From the NCBI GenBank assembly GCA_051362555.1, contig JBPQGU010000016.1, positions 6,448,001-6,512,000 on the forward strand: DNA of 64,000 nt. The letters are read 5' to 3'. Each line of letters begins with the position of its first letter. The stretch's first letter is position 1. The notes under the pieces are model-generated. The model saw nothing but the letters and a program-made list of their open reading frames with translations, was not told where the DNA came from and did no database searches. This DNA is from Lingula anatina (Eukaryota; Animalia; Brachiopoda). The position numbers and the translations under genes are program-made. This document shows positions 51,101 to 64,000 of the stretch, piece by piece.

Positions 51101-54100
51101 GTGTCAGGGTAGGTGTGTTCGGTCATTTGTAGTAAGAATAAAGTGCTGGAAGAGTGGTGGTGTCAACATTAAGGAAGAAATAGAGCAAAAACTCTCTCTC
51201 CCCCCCCCCCTCTCAGATATTCTGTTCTCAGAGCTTATTTTTGGATCATCTTTAAAGCTAGAATTGGGGGCCTTGATGAAGTGACCCGGGCGCATTTCCA
51301 CATTTTTTATGAATGACAGGTGTGGTAGATTGATTTTCGTCACTTTTTGGAAAAATCGGAGACGGGTCGATTTTTGGTGATTTTGAGTGATTTTGAACAG
51401 TGCCGGCACTGTGAGATTTCTTCAATTTTGGCCAGGTAGGGATGAAAATTTTTTTTCTTCATTATAGTGTCAGGTAGGTGTGTTCGGTCATTTGTAGTAA
51501 GAATAAAGTGCTGGAAGAGTGGTGGTGTCAACATTAAGGAAGAAATAGAGCAAAAACTCTCTCTCCCCCCCCCCCTCTCAGATTCTGTTCTCAGAGCTTA
51601 TTTTTGGATCATCTTTAAAGCTAGAATTGGGGGCCTTGATGAAGTGACCCGGGCGCATTTCCACATTTTTTATGAATGACAGGTGTGGTAGATTGATTTT
51701 CGTCACTTTTTGGAAAAATCGGAGACGGGTTGATTTTTGGTGATTTTGAGTGATTTTGAACAGTGCCGGCACTGTGAGATTTCTTCAATTTTGGCCAGGT
51801 AGGGATGATAATTTTTTTTCTTCATTATAGTGTCAGGTAGGTGTGTTCGGTCATTTGTAGTAAGAATAAAGTGCTGGAAGAGTGGTGGTGTCAACATTAA
51901 GGAAGAAATAGAGCAAAACTCTCTCTCCCCCCCCCCCCTCTCAGATTCTGTTCTCAGAGCTTATTTTTGGATCATCTTTAAAGCTAGAATTGGGGGCCTT
52001 GATGAAGTGACCCGGGCGCGTTTCCACATTTTTTATGAATGACAGGTGTGGTAGATTGATTTTCGTCACTTTTTGGAAAAATTGGAGACGGGTCGATTTT
52101 TGGTGATTTTGAGTGATTTTGAACAGTGCCGGCACTGTGAGATTTCTTCAATTTTGGCCAGGTAGGGATGAAAATTTTTTTTCTTCATTATAGTGTCAGG
52201 TAGGTGTGTTCGGTCATTTGTAGTAAGAATAAAGTGCTGGAAGAGTGGTGGTGTCAACATTAAGGAAGAAATAGAGCAAAAACTCTCTCTCCCCCCCTCT
52301 CAGATTCTGTTCTCAGAGCTTATTTTTGGATCATCTTTAAAGCTAGAATTGGGGGCCTTGATGAAGTGACCCGGGCGCGTTTCCACATTTTTTATGAATG
52401 ACAGGTGTGGTAGATTGATTTTCGTCACTTTTTGGAAAAATCGGAGACGGGTCGATTTTTGGTGATTTTGAGTGATTTTGAACAGTGCCGGCACTGTGAG
52501 ATTTCTTCAATTTTGGCCAGGTAGGGATGAAATTTTTTTTCTTCATTATAGTGTCAGGTAGGTGTGTTCGGTCATTTGTAGTAAGAATAAAGTGCTGGAA
52601 GAGTGGTGGTGTCAACATTAAGGAAGAAATAGAGCAAAAACTCTCTCTCCCCCCCCTCTCAGATTCTGTTCTCAGAGCTTATTTTTGGATCATCTTTAAA
52701 GCTAGAATTGGGGGCCTTGATGAAGTGACCCGGGCGCATTTCCACATTTTTTATGAATGACAGGTGTGGTAGATTGATTTTCGTCACTTTTTGGAAAAAT
52801 CGGAGACGGGTCGATTTTTGGTGATTTTGAGTGATTTTGAACAGTGCCGGCACTGTGAGATTTCTTCAATTTTGGCCAGGTAGGGATGAAAATTTTTTTT
52901 CTTCATTATAGTGTCAGGTAGGTGTGTTCGGTCATTTGTAGTAAGAATAAAGTGCTGGAAGAGTGGTGGTGTCAACATTAAGGAAGAAATAGAGCAAAAA
53001 CTCTCTCTCCCCCCCCCTCTCAGATTCTGTTCTCAGAGCTTATTTTTGGATCATCTTTAAAGCTAGAATTGGGGGCCTTGATGAAGTGACCCGGGCGCGT
53101 TTCCACATTTTTTATGAATGACAGGTGTGGTAGATTGATTTTCGTCACTTTTTGGAAAAATCGGAGACGGGTCGATTTTTGGTGATTTTGAGTTATTTTG
53201 AACAGTGCCGGCACTGTGAGATTTCTTCAATTTTGGCCAGGTAGGGATGAAATTTTTTTTCTTCATTATAGTGTCAGGTAGGTGTGTTCGGTCATTTGTA
53301 GTAAGAATAAAGTGCTGGAAGAGTGGTGGTGTCAACATTAAGGAAGAAATAGAGCAAAAACTCTCTCTCCCCCCCCCTCTCAGATTCTGTTCTCAGAGCT
53401 TATTTTTGGATCATCTTTAAAGCTAGAATTGGGGGCCTTGTTGAAGTGACCCGGGCGCGTTTCCACATTTTTTATGAATGACAGGTGTGAAAGATTGATT
53501 TTCGTCACTTTTTGGAAAAATCGGAGACGGGTCGATTTTTGGTGATTTTGAGTGATTTTGAACAGTGCCGGCACTGTGAGATTTCTTCAATTTTGGCCAG
53601 GTAGGGATGAAATTTTTTTTTCTTCATTATAGTGTCAGGTAGGTGTGTTCGGTCATTTGTAGTAAGAATAAAGTGCTGGAAGTGTGGTGGTGTCAACATT
53701 AAGGAAGAAATAGAGCAAAAACTCTCTCTCCCCCCCCCCCTCTCAGATTCTGTTCTCAGAGCTTATTTTTGGATCATCTTTAAAGCTAGAATTGGGGGCC
53801 TTGATGAAGTGACCCGGGCGCGTTTCCACATTTCTTATGAATGACAGGTGTGGTAGATTGATTTTCATCACTTTTTGGAAAAATCGGAGACGGGTCGATT
53901 TTTGGTGATTTTGAGTGATTTTGAACAGTGCCGGCACTGTGAGATTTCTTCAATTTTGGCCAGGTAGGGATGAAAATTTTTTTCTTCATTATAGTGTCAG
54001 GTAGGTGTGTTCGGTCATTTGTAGTAAGAATAAAGTGCTGGAAGAGTGGTGGTGTCAACATTAAGGAAGAAATAGAGCAAAACTCTCTCTCCCCCCCCCC

Positions 54101-57100
54101 CCCCCTCTCAGATTCTGTTCTCAGAGCTTATTTTTGGATCATCTTTAAAGCTAGAATTGGGGGCCTTGATGAAGTGACCCGGGCGCGTTTACACATTTTT
54201 TATGAATGACAGGTGTGGTAGATTGATTTTCGTCACTTTTTGGAAAAATCGGAGACGGGTCGATTTTTGGTGATTTTGAGTGATTTTGAACAGTGCTGGC
54301 ACTGTGAGATTTCTTCAATTTTGGCCAGGTAGGGATGAAAATTTTTTTTCTTCATTATAGTGTCAGGTAGGTGTGTTCGGTCATTTGTAGTAAGAATAAA
54401 GTGCTGGAAGAGTGGTGGTGTCAACATTAAGGAAGAAATAGAGCAAAAACTCTCTCTCCCCCCCCCCCCCCTCTCAGATTCTGTTCTCAGAGCTTATTTT
54501 TGGATCATCTTTAAAGCTAGAATTGGGGGCCTTGATGAAGTGACCCGGGCGCGTTTACACATTTTTTATGAATGACAGGTGTGGTAGATTGATTTTCGTC
54601 ACTTTTTGGAAAAATCGGAGACGGGTCGATTTTTGGTGATTTTGAGTGATTTTGAACAGTGCCGGCACTGTGAGATTTCTTCAATTTTGGCCAGGTAGGG
54701 ATGAAAATTTTTTTTCTTCATTATAGTGTCAGGTAGGTGTGTTCGGTCATTTGTAGTAAGAATAAAGTGCTGGAAGAGTGGTGGTGTCAACATTAAGGAA
54801 GAAATAGAGCAAAAACTCTCTCTCCCCCCCCCCCCCTCTCAGATTCTGTTCTCAGAGCTTATTTTTGGATCATCTTTAAAGCTAGAATTGGGGGCCTTGA
54901 TGAAGTGACCCGGGCGCGTTTACACATTTTTTATGAATGACAGGTGTGGTAGATTGATTTTCGTCACTTTTTGGAAAAATCGGAGACGGGTCGATTTTTG
55001 GTGATTTTGAGTGATTTTGAACAGTGCCGGCACTGTGAGATTTCTTCAATTTTGGCCAGGTAGGGATGAAAATTTTTTTTCTTCATTATAGTGTCAGGTA
55101 GGTGTGTTCGGTCATTTGTAGTAAGAATAAAGTGCTGGAAGAGTGGTGGTGTCAACATTAAGGAAGAAATAGAGCAAAAACTCTCTCTCCCCCCCCCCCC
55201 CCTCTCAGATTCTGTTCTCAGAGCTTATTTTTGGATCATCTTTAAAGCTAGAATTGGGGGCCTTGATGAAGTGACCCGGGCGCGTTTACACATTTTTTAT
55301 GAATGACAGGTGTGGTAGATTGATTTTCGTCACTTTTTGGAAAAATCGGAGACGGGTCGATTTTTGGTGATTTTGAGTGATTTTGAACAGTGCCGGCACT
55401 GTGAGATTTCTTCAATTTTGGCCAGGTAGGGATGAAAATTTTTTTTCTTCATTATAGTGTCAGGTAGGTGTGTTCGGTCATTTGTAGTAAGAATAAAGTG
55501 CTGGAAGAGTGGTGGTGTCAACATTAAGGAAGAAATAGAGCAAAAACTCTCTCTCCCCCCCCCCCCCTCTCAGATTCTGTTCTCAGAGCTTATTTTTGGA
55601 TCATCTTTAAAGCTAGAATTGGGGGCCTTGATGAAGTGACCCGGGCGCGTTTACACATTTTTTATGAATGACAGGTGTGGTAGATTGATTTTCGTCACTT
55701 TTTGGAAAAATTGGAGACGGGTCGATTTTTGGTGATTTTGAGTGATTTTGAACAGTGCCGGCACTGTGAGATTTCTTCAATTTTGGCCAGGTAGGGATGA
55801 AAATTTTTTTTCTTCATTATAGTGTCAGGTAGGTGTGTTCGGTCATTTGTAGTAAGAATAAAGTGCTGGAAGAGTGGTGGTGTCAACATTAAGGAAGAAA
55901 TAGAGCAAAAACTCTCTCTCCCCCCCCCCCCCCCTCTCAGATTCTGTTCTCAGAGCTTATTTTTGGATCATCTTTAAAGCTAGAATTGGGGGCCTTGATG
56001 AAGTGACCCGGGCGCGTTTACACATTTTTTATGAATGACAGGTGTGGTAGATTGATTTTCGTCACTTTTTGGAAAAATCGGAGACGGGTCGATTTTTGGT
56101 GATTTTGAGTGATTTTGAACAGTGCCGGCACTGTGAGATTTCTTCAATTTTGGCCAGGTAGGGATGAAAATTTTTTTTCTTCATTATAGTGTCAGGTAGG
56201 TGTGTTCGGTCATTTGTAGTAAGAATAAAGTGCTGGAAGAGTGGTGGTGTCAACATTAAGGAAGAAATAGAGCAAAAACTCTCTCTCCCCCCCCCCCCCC
56301 TCTCAGATTCTGTTCTCAGAGCTTATTTTTGGATCATCTTTAAAGCTAGAATTGGGGGCCTTGATGAAGTGACCCGGGCGCGTTTACACATTTTTTATGA
56401 ATGACAGGTGTGGTAGATTGATTTTCGTCACTTTTTGGAAAAATCGGAGACGGGTCGATTTTTGGTGATTTTGAGTGATTTTGAACAGTGCCGGCACTGT
56501 GAGATTTCTTCAATTTTGGCCAGGTAGGGATGAAAATTTTTTTTCTTCATTATAGTGTCAGGTAGGTGTGTTCGGTCATTTGTAGTAAGAATAAAGTGCT
56601 GGAAGAGTGGTGGTGTCAACATTAAGGAAGAAATAGAGCAAAAACTCTCTCTCCCCCCCCCCCCCCCTCTCAGATTCTGTTCTCAGAGCTTATTTTTGGA
56701 TCATCTTTAAAGCTAGAATTGGGGGCCTTGATGAAGTGACCCGGGCGCGTTTACACATTTTTTATGAATGACAGGTGTGGTAGATTGATTTTCGTCACTT
56801 TTTGGAAAAATCGGAGACGGGTCGATTTTTGGTGATTTTGAGTGATTTTGAACAGTGCCGGCACTGTGAGATTTCTTCAATTTTGGCCAGGTAGGGATGA
56901 AAATTTTTTTTCTTCATTATAGTGTCAGGTAGGTGTGTTCGGTCATTTGTAGTAAGAATAAAGTGCTGGAAGAGTGGTGGTGTCAACATTAAGGAAGAAA
57001 TAGAGCAAAAACTCTCTCTCCCCCCCCCCCCCCCTCTCAGATTCTGTTCTCAGAGCTTATTTTTGGATCATCTTTAAAGCTAGAATTGGGGGCCTTGATG

Positions 57101-60100
57101 AAGTGACCCGGGCGCGTTTACACATTTTTTATGAATGACAGGTGTGGTAGATTGATTTTCGTCACTTTTTGGAAAAATCGGAGACGGGTCGATTTTTGGT
57201 GATTTTGAGTGATTTTGAACAGTGCCGGCACTGTGAGATTTCTTCAATTTTGGCCAGGTAGGGATGAAAATTTTTTTTCTTCATTATAGTGTCAGGTAGG
57301 TGTGTTCGGTCATTTGTAGTAAGAATAAAGTGCTGGAAGAGTGGTGGTGTCAACATTAAGGAAGAAATAGAGCAAAAACTCTCTCTCCCCCCCCCCCCCT
57401 CTCAGATTCTGTTCTCAGAGCTTATTTTTGGATCATCTTTAAAGCTAGAATTGGGGGCCTTGATGAAGTGACCCGGGCGCGTTTACACATTTTTTATGAA
57501 TGACAGGTGTGGTAGATTGATTTTCGTCACTTTTTGGAAAAATCGGAGACGGGTCGATTTTTGGTGATTTTGAGTGATTTTGAACAGTGCCGGCACTGTG
57601 AGATTTCTTCAATTTTGGCCAGGTAGGGATGAAAATTTTTTTTCTTCATTATAGTGTCAGGTAGGTGTGTTCGGTCATTTGTAGTAAGAATAAAGTGCTG
57701 GAAGAGTGGTGGTGTCAACATTAAGGAAGAAATAGAGCAAAAACTCTCTCTCCCCCCCCCCCCCCCTCTCAGATTCTGTTCTCAGAGCTTATTTTTGGAT
57801 CATCTTTAAAGCTAGAATTGGGGGCCTTGATGAAGTGACCCGGGCGCGTTTACACATTTTTTATGAATGACAGGTGTGGTAGATTGATTTTCGTCACTTT
57901 TTGGAAAAATCGGAGACGGGTCGATTTTTGGTGATTTTGAGTGATTTTGAACAGTGCCGGCACTGTGAGATTTCTTCAATTTTGGCCAGGTAGGGATGAA
58001 AATTTTTTTTCTTCATTATAGTGTCAGGTAGGTGTGTTCGGTCATTTGTAGTAAGAATAAAGTGCTGGAAGAGTGGTGGTGTCAACATTAAGGAAGAAAT
58101 AGAGCAAAAACTCTCTCTCCCCCCCCCCCCCCCTCTCAGATTCTGTTCTCAGAGCTTATTTTTGGATCATCTTTAAAGCTAGAATTGGGGGCCTTGATGA
58201 AGTGACCCGGGCGCGTTTACACATTTTTTATGAATGACAGGTGTGGTAGATTGATTTTCGTCACTTTTTGGAAAAATCGGAGACGGGTCGATTTTTGGTG
58301 ATTTTGAGTGATTTTGAACAGTGCCGGCACTGTGAGATTTCTTCAATTTTGGCCAGGTAGGGATGAAAATTTTTTTTCTTCATTATAGTGTCAGGTAGGT
58401 GTGTTCGGTCATTTGTAGTAAGAATAAAGTGCTGGAAGAGTGGTGGTGTCAACATTAAGGAAGAAATAGAGCAAAAACTCTCTCTCCCCCCCCCCCCCCT
58501 CTCAGATTCTGTTCTCAGAGCTTATTTTTGGATCATCTTTAAAGCTAGAATTGGGGGCCTTGATGAAGTGACCCGGGCGCGTTTACACATTTTTTATGAA
58601 TGACAGGTGTGGTAGATTGATTTTCGTCACTTTTTGGAAAAATCGGAGACGGGTCGATTTTTGGTGATTTTGAGTGATTTTGAACAGTGCCGGCACTGTG
58701 AGATTTCTTCAATTTTGGCCAGGTAGGGATGAAAATTTTTTTTCTTCATTATAGTGTCAGGTAGGTGTGTTCGGTCATTTGTAGTAAGAATAAAGTGCTG
58801 GAAGAGTGGTGGTGTCAACATTAAGGAAGAAATAGAGCAAAAACTCTCTCTCCCCCCCCCCCCCCTCTCAGATTCTGTTCTCAGAGCTTATTTTTGGATC
58901 ATCTTTAAAGCTAGAATTGGGGGCCTTGATGAAGTGACCCGGGCGCGTTTACACATTTTTTATGAATGACAGGTGTGGTAGATTGATTTTCGTCACTTTT
59001 TGGAAAAATCGGAGACGGGTCGATTTTTGGTGATTTTGAGTGATTTTGAACAGTGCCGGCACTGTGAGATTTCTTCAATTTTGGCCAGGTAGGGATGAAA
59101 ATTTTTTTTCTTCATTATAGTGTCAGGTAGGTGTGTTCGGTCATTTGTAGTAAGAATAAAGTGCTGGAAGAGTGGTGGTGTCAACATTAAGGAAGAAATA
59201 GAGCAAAAACTCTCTCTCCCCCCCCCCTCTCAGATTCTGTTCTCAGAGCTTATTTTTGGATCATCTTTAAAGCTAGAATTGGGGGCCTTGATGAAGTGAC
59301 CCGGGCGCGTTTCCACATTTTTTATGAATGACAGGTGTGGTAGATTGATTTTCGTCACTTTTTGGAAAAATCGGAGACGGGTCGATTTTTGGTGATTTTG
59401 AGTTATTTTGAACAGTGCCGGCACTGTGAGATTTCTTCAATTTTGGCCAGGTAGGGATGAAATTTTTTTTCTTCATTATAGTGTCAGGTAGGTGTGTTCG
59501 GTCATTTGTAGTAAGAATAAAGTGCTGGAAGAGTGGTGGTGTCAACATTAAGGAAGAAATAGAGCAAAAACTCTCTCTCCCCCCCCCTCTCAGATTCTGT
59601 TCTCAGAGCTTATTTTTGGATCATCTTTAAAGCTAGAATTGGGGGCCTTGTTGAAGTGACCCGGGCGCGTTTCCACATTTTTTATGAATGACAGGTGTGA
59701 AAGATTGATTTTCGTCACTTTTTGGAAAAATCGGAGACGGGTCGATTTTTGGTGATTTTGAGTGATTTTGAACAGTGCCGGCACTGTGAGATTTCTTCAA
59801 TTTTGGCCAGGTAGGGATGAAATTTTTTTTTCTTCATTATAGTGTCAGGTAGGTGTGTTCGGTCATTTGTAGTAAGAATAAAGTGCTGGAAGTGTGGTGG
59901 TGTCAACATTAAGGAAGAAATAGAGCAAAAACTCTCTCTCCCCCCCCCCCTCTCAGATTCTGTTCTCAGAGCTTATTTTTGGATCATCTTTAAAGCTAGA
60001 ATTGGGGGCCTTGATGAAGTGACCCGGGCGCGTTTCCACATTTCTTATGAATGACAGGTGTGGTAGATTGATTTTCGTCACTTTTTGGAAAAATCGGAGA

Positions 60101-63100
60101 CGGGTCGATTTTTGGTGATTTTGAGTGATTTTGAACAGTGCCGGCACTGTGAGATTTCTTCAATTTTGGCCAGGTAGGGATGAAAATTTTTTTCTTCATT
60201 ATAGTGTCAGGTAGGTGTGTTCGGTCATTTGTAGTAAGAATAAAGTGCTGGAAGAGTGGTGGTGTCAACATTAAGGAAGAAATAGAGCAAAACTCTCTCT
60301 CCCCCCCCCCCCCTCTCAGATTCTGTTCTCAGAGCTTATTTTTGGATCATCTTTAAAGCTAGAATTGGGGGCCTTGATGAAGTGACCCGGGCGCGTTTAC
60401 ACATTTTTTATGAATGACAGGTGTGGTAGATTGATTTTCGTCACTTTTTGGAAAAATCGGAGACGGGTCGATTTTTGGTGATTTTGAGTGATTTTGAACA
60501 GTGCTGGCACTGTGAGATTTCTTCAATTTTGGCCAGGTAGGGATGAAAATTTTTTTTCTTCATTATAGTGTCAGGTAGGTGTGTTCGGTCATTTGTAGTA
60601 AGAATAAAGTGCTGGAAGAGTGGTGGTGTCAACATTAAGGAAGAAATAGAGCAAAAACTCTCTCTCCCCCCCCCCCCCCTCTCAGATTCTGTTCTCAGAG
60701 CTTATTTTTGGATCATCTTTAAAGCTAGAATTGGGGGCCTTGATGAAGTGACCCGGGCGCGTTTACACATTTTTTATGAATGACAGGTGTGGTAGATTGA
60801 TTTTCGTCACTTTTTGGAAAAATCGGAGACGGGTCGATTTTTGGTGATTTTGAGTGATTTTGAACAGTGCCGGCACTGTGAGATTTCTTCAATTTTGGCC
60901 AGGTAGGGATGAAAATTTTTTTTCTTCATTATAGTGTCAGGTAGGTGTGTTCGGTCATTTGTAGTAAGAATAAAGTGCTGGAAGAGTGGTGGTGTCAACA
61001 TTAAGGAAGAAATAGAGCAAAAACTCTCTCTCCCCCCCCCCCCCTTTCAGATTCTGTTCTCAGAGCTTATTTTTGGATCATCTTTAAAGCTAGAATTGGG
61101 GGCCTTGATGAAGTGACCCGGGCGCGTTTACACATTTTTTATGAATGACAGGTGTGGTAGATTGATTTTCGTCACTTTTTGGAAAAATCGGAGACGGGTC
61201 GATTTTTGGTGATTTTGAGTGATTTTGAACAGTGCCGGCACTGTGAGATTTCTTCAATTTTGGCCAGGTAGGGATGAAAATTTTTTTTCTTCATTATAGT
61301 GTCAGGTAGGTGTGTTCGGTCATTTGTAGTAAGAATAAAGTGCTGGAAGAGTGGTGGTGTCAACATTAAGGAAGAAATAGAGCAAAAACTCTCTCTCCCC
61401 CCCCCCCCCCCCTCTCAGATTCTGTTCTCAGAGCTTATTTTTGGATCATCTTTAAAGCTAGAATTGGGGGCCTTGATGAAGTGACCCGGGCGCGTTTACA
61501 CATTTTTTATGAATGACAGGTGTGGTAGATTGATTTTCGTCACTTTTTGGAAAAATCGGAGACGGGTCGATTTTTGGTGATTTTGAGTGATTTTGAACAG
61601 TGCCGGCACTGTGAGATTTCTTCAATTTTGGCCAGGTAGGGATGAAAATTTTTTTTCTTCATTATAGTGTCAGGTAGGTGTGTTCGGTCATTTGTAGTAA
61701 GAATAAAGTGCTGGAAGAGTGGTGGTGTCAACATTAAGGAAGAAATAGAGCAAAAACTCTCTCTCCCCCCCCCCCCCCTCTCAGATTCTGTTCTCAGAGC
61801 TTATTTTTGGATCATCTTTAAAGCTAGAATTGGGGGCCTTGATGAAGTGACCCGGGCGCGTTTACACATTTTTTATGAATGACAGGTGTGGTAGATTGAT
61901 TTTCGTCACTTTTTGGAAAAATCGGAGACGGGTCGATTTTTGGTGATTTTGAGTGATTTTGAACAGTGCCGGCACTGTGAGATTTCTTCAATTTTGGCCA
62001 GGTAGGGATGAAAATTTTTTTTCTTCATTATAGTGTCAGGTAGGTGTGTTCGGTCATTTGTAGTAAGAATAAAGTGCTGGAAGAGTGGTGGTGTCAACAT
62101 TAAGGAAGAAATAGAGCAAAAACTCTCTCTCCCCCCCCCCCCCTCTCAGATTCTGTTCTCAGAGCTTATTTTTGGATCATCTTTAAAGCTAGAATTGGGG
62201 GCCTTGATGAAGTGACCCGGGCGCGTTTACACATTTTTTATGAATGACAGGTGTGGTAGATTGATTTTCGTCACTTTTTGGAAAAATCGGAGACGGGTCG
62301 ATTTTTGGTGATTTTGAGTGATTTTGAACAGTGCCGGCACTGTGAGATTTCTTCAATTTTGGCCAGGTAGGGATGAAAATTTTTTTTCTTCATTATAGTG
62401 TCAGGTAGGTGTGTTCGGTCATTTGTAGTAAGAATAAAGTGCTGGAAGAGTGGTGGTGTCAACATTAAGGAAGAAATAGAGCAAAAACTCTCTCTCCCCC
62501 CCCCCCCCCCTCTCAGATTCTGTTCTCAGAGCTTATTTTTGGATCATCTTTAAAGCTAGAATTGGGGGCCTTGATGAAGTGACCCGGGCGCGTTTACACA
62601 TTTTTTATGAATGACAGGTGTGGTAGATTGATTTTCGTCACTTTTTGGAAAAATCGGAGACGGGTCGATTTTTGGTGATTTTGAGTGATTTTGAACAGTG
62701 CCGGCACTGTGAGATTTCTTCAATTTTGGCCAGGTAGGGATGAAAATTTTTTTTCTTCATTATAGTGTCAGGTAGGTGTGTTCGGTCATTTGTAGTAAGA
62801 ATAAAGTGCTGGAAGAGTGGTGGTGTCAACATTAAGGAAGAAATAGAGCAAAAACTCTCTCTCCCCCCCCCCCCCCTCTCAGATTCTGTTCTCAGAGCTT
62901 ATTTTTGGATCATCTTTAAAGCTAGAATTGGGGGCCTTGATGAAGTGACCCGGGCGCGTTTACACATTTTTTATGAATGACAGGTGTGGTAGATTGATTT
63001 TCGTCACTTTTTGGAAAAATCGGAGACGGGTCGATTTTTGGTGATTTTGAGTGATTTTGAACAGTGCCGGCACTGTGAGATTTCTTCAATTTTGGCCAGG

Positions 63101-64000
63101 TAGGGATGAAAATTTTTTTTCTTCATTATAGTGTCAGGTAGGTGTGTTCGGTCATTTGTAGTAAGAATAAAGTGCTGGAAGAGTGGTGGTGTCAACATTA
63201 AGGAAGAAATAGAGCAAAAACTCTCTCTCTCCCCCCCCCCCCTCTCAGATTCTGTTCTCAGAGCTTATTTTTGGATCATCTTTAAAGCTAGAATTGGGGG
63301 CCTTGATGAAGTGACCCGGGCGCGTTTACACATTTTTTATGAATGACAGGTGTGGTAGATTGATTTTCGTCACTTTTTGGAAAAATCGGAGACGGGTCGA
63401 TTTTTGGTGATTTTGAGTGATTTTGAACAGTGCCGGCACTGTGAGATTTCTTCAATTTTGGCCAGGTAGGGATGAAAATTTTTTTTCTTCATTATAGTGT
63501 CAGGTAGGTGTGTTCGGTCATTTGTAGTAAGAATAAAGTGCTGGAAGAGTGGTGGTGTCAACATTAAGGAAGAAATAGAGCAAAAACTCTCTCTCCCCCC
63601 CCCCCCCCTCTCAGATTCTGTTCTCAGAGCTTATTTTTGGATCATCTTTAAAGCTAGAATTGGGGGCCTTGATGAAGTGACCCGGGCGCGTTTACACATT
63701 TTTTATGAATGACAGGTGTGGTAGATTGATTTTCGTCACTTTTTGGAAAAATCGGAGACGGGTCGATTTTTGGTGATTTTGAGTGATTTTGAACAGTGCC
63801 GGCACTGTGAGATTTCTTCAATTTTGGCCAGGTAGGGATGAAAATTTTTTTTCTTCATTATAGTGTCAGGTAGGTGTGTTCGGTCATTTGTAGTAAGAAT
63901 AAAGTGCTGGAAGAGTGGTGGTGTCAACATTAAGGAAGAAATAGAGCAAAAACTCTCTCTCCCCCCCCCCCCCCTCTCAGATTCTGTTCTCAGAGCTTAT
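48152..64000 (+). repeat. ~363-367 bp satellite array 2 (>=43 monomers, runs off window)
   Basis: Same monomer, orientation and start phase as array 1. Confidence 0.99.

Noticed and set aside
13744-63930. Numerous 60-105 aa ORFs in the satellite (MPALFK..., MLTPPL..., MSGRCV...) as a tandem gene family
   Set aside because: They overlap on both strands, are broken freely by homopolymer indels and have no recognisable domain. They are a by-product of repeating one monomer.

Overview
AT-rich, repeat-dominated eukaryotic DNA, most likely an invertebrate animal; this is inferred from the TE families and intron-bearing remnants. No intact host gene, RNA gene or CRISPR array is visible. The window shows nearly two copies of one ~34.5 kb head-to-tail unit. 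Each unit is a ~19.2 kb block of decayed and nested transposons followed by an array of a ~363 bp satellite. The layout is block 1 (1-13594, 5'-truncated), array 1 (13595-28959, ~42 monomers), block 2 (28960-48151) and array 2 (48152 to the window end, >=43 monomers). Each block carries two decayed, convergent DIRS-order (tyrosine-recombinase) retrotransposons, an intron-containing Kolobok-type transposase remnant, a CR1-group LINE 3' fragment, 5-bp-TSD MITEs and a 34 bp minisatellite. It also holds an apparently complete 2.9 kb non-autonomous DNA transposon with 29 bp TIRs and a perfect 9 bp TSD. The satellite has a perfect 16 bp palindrome per monomer, variant domains, local dimer and 17-mer higher-order structure, and CpG-decay variants. 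A diverged relative of the monomer lies outside the array. The many short ORFs in the arrays are artefacts of the repeat. Family assignments come from recognising motifs by eye, not from database searches.
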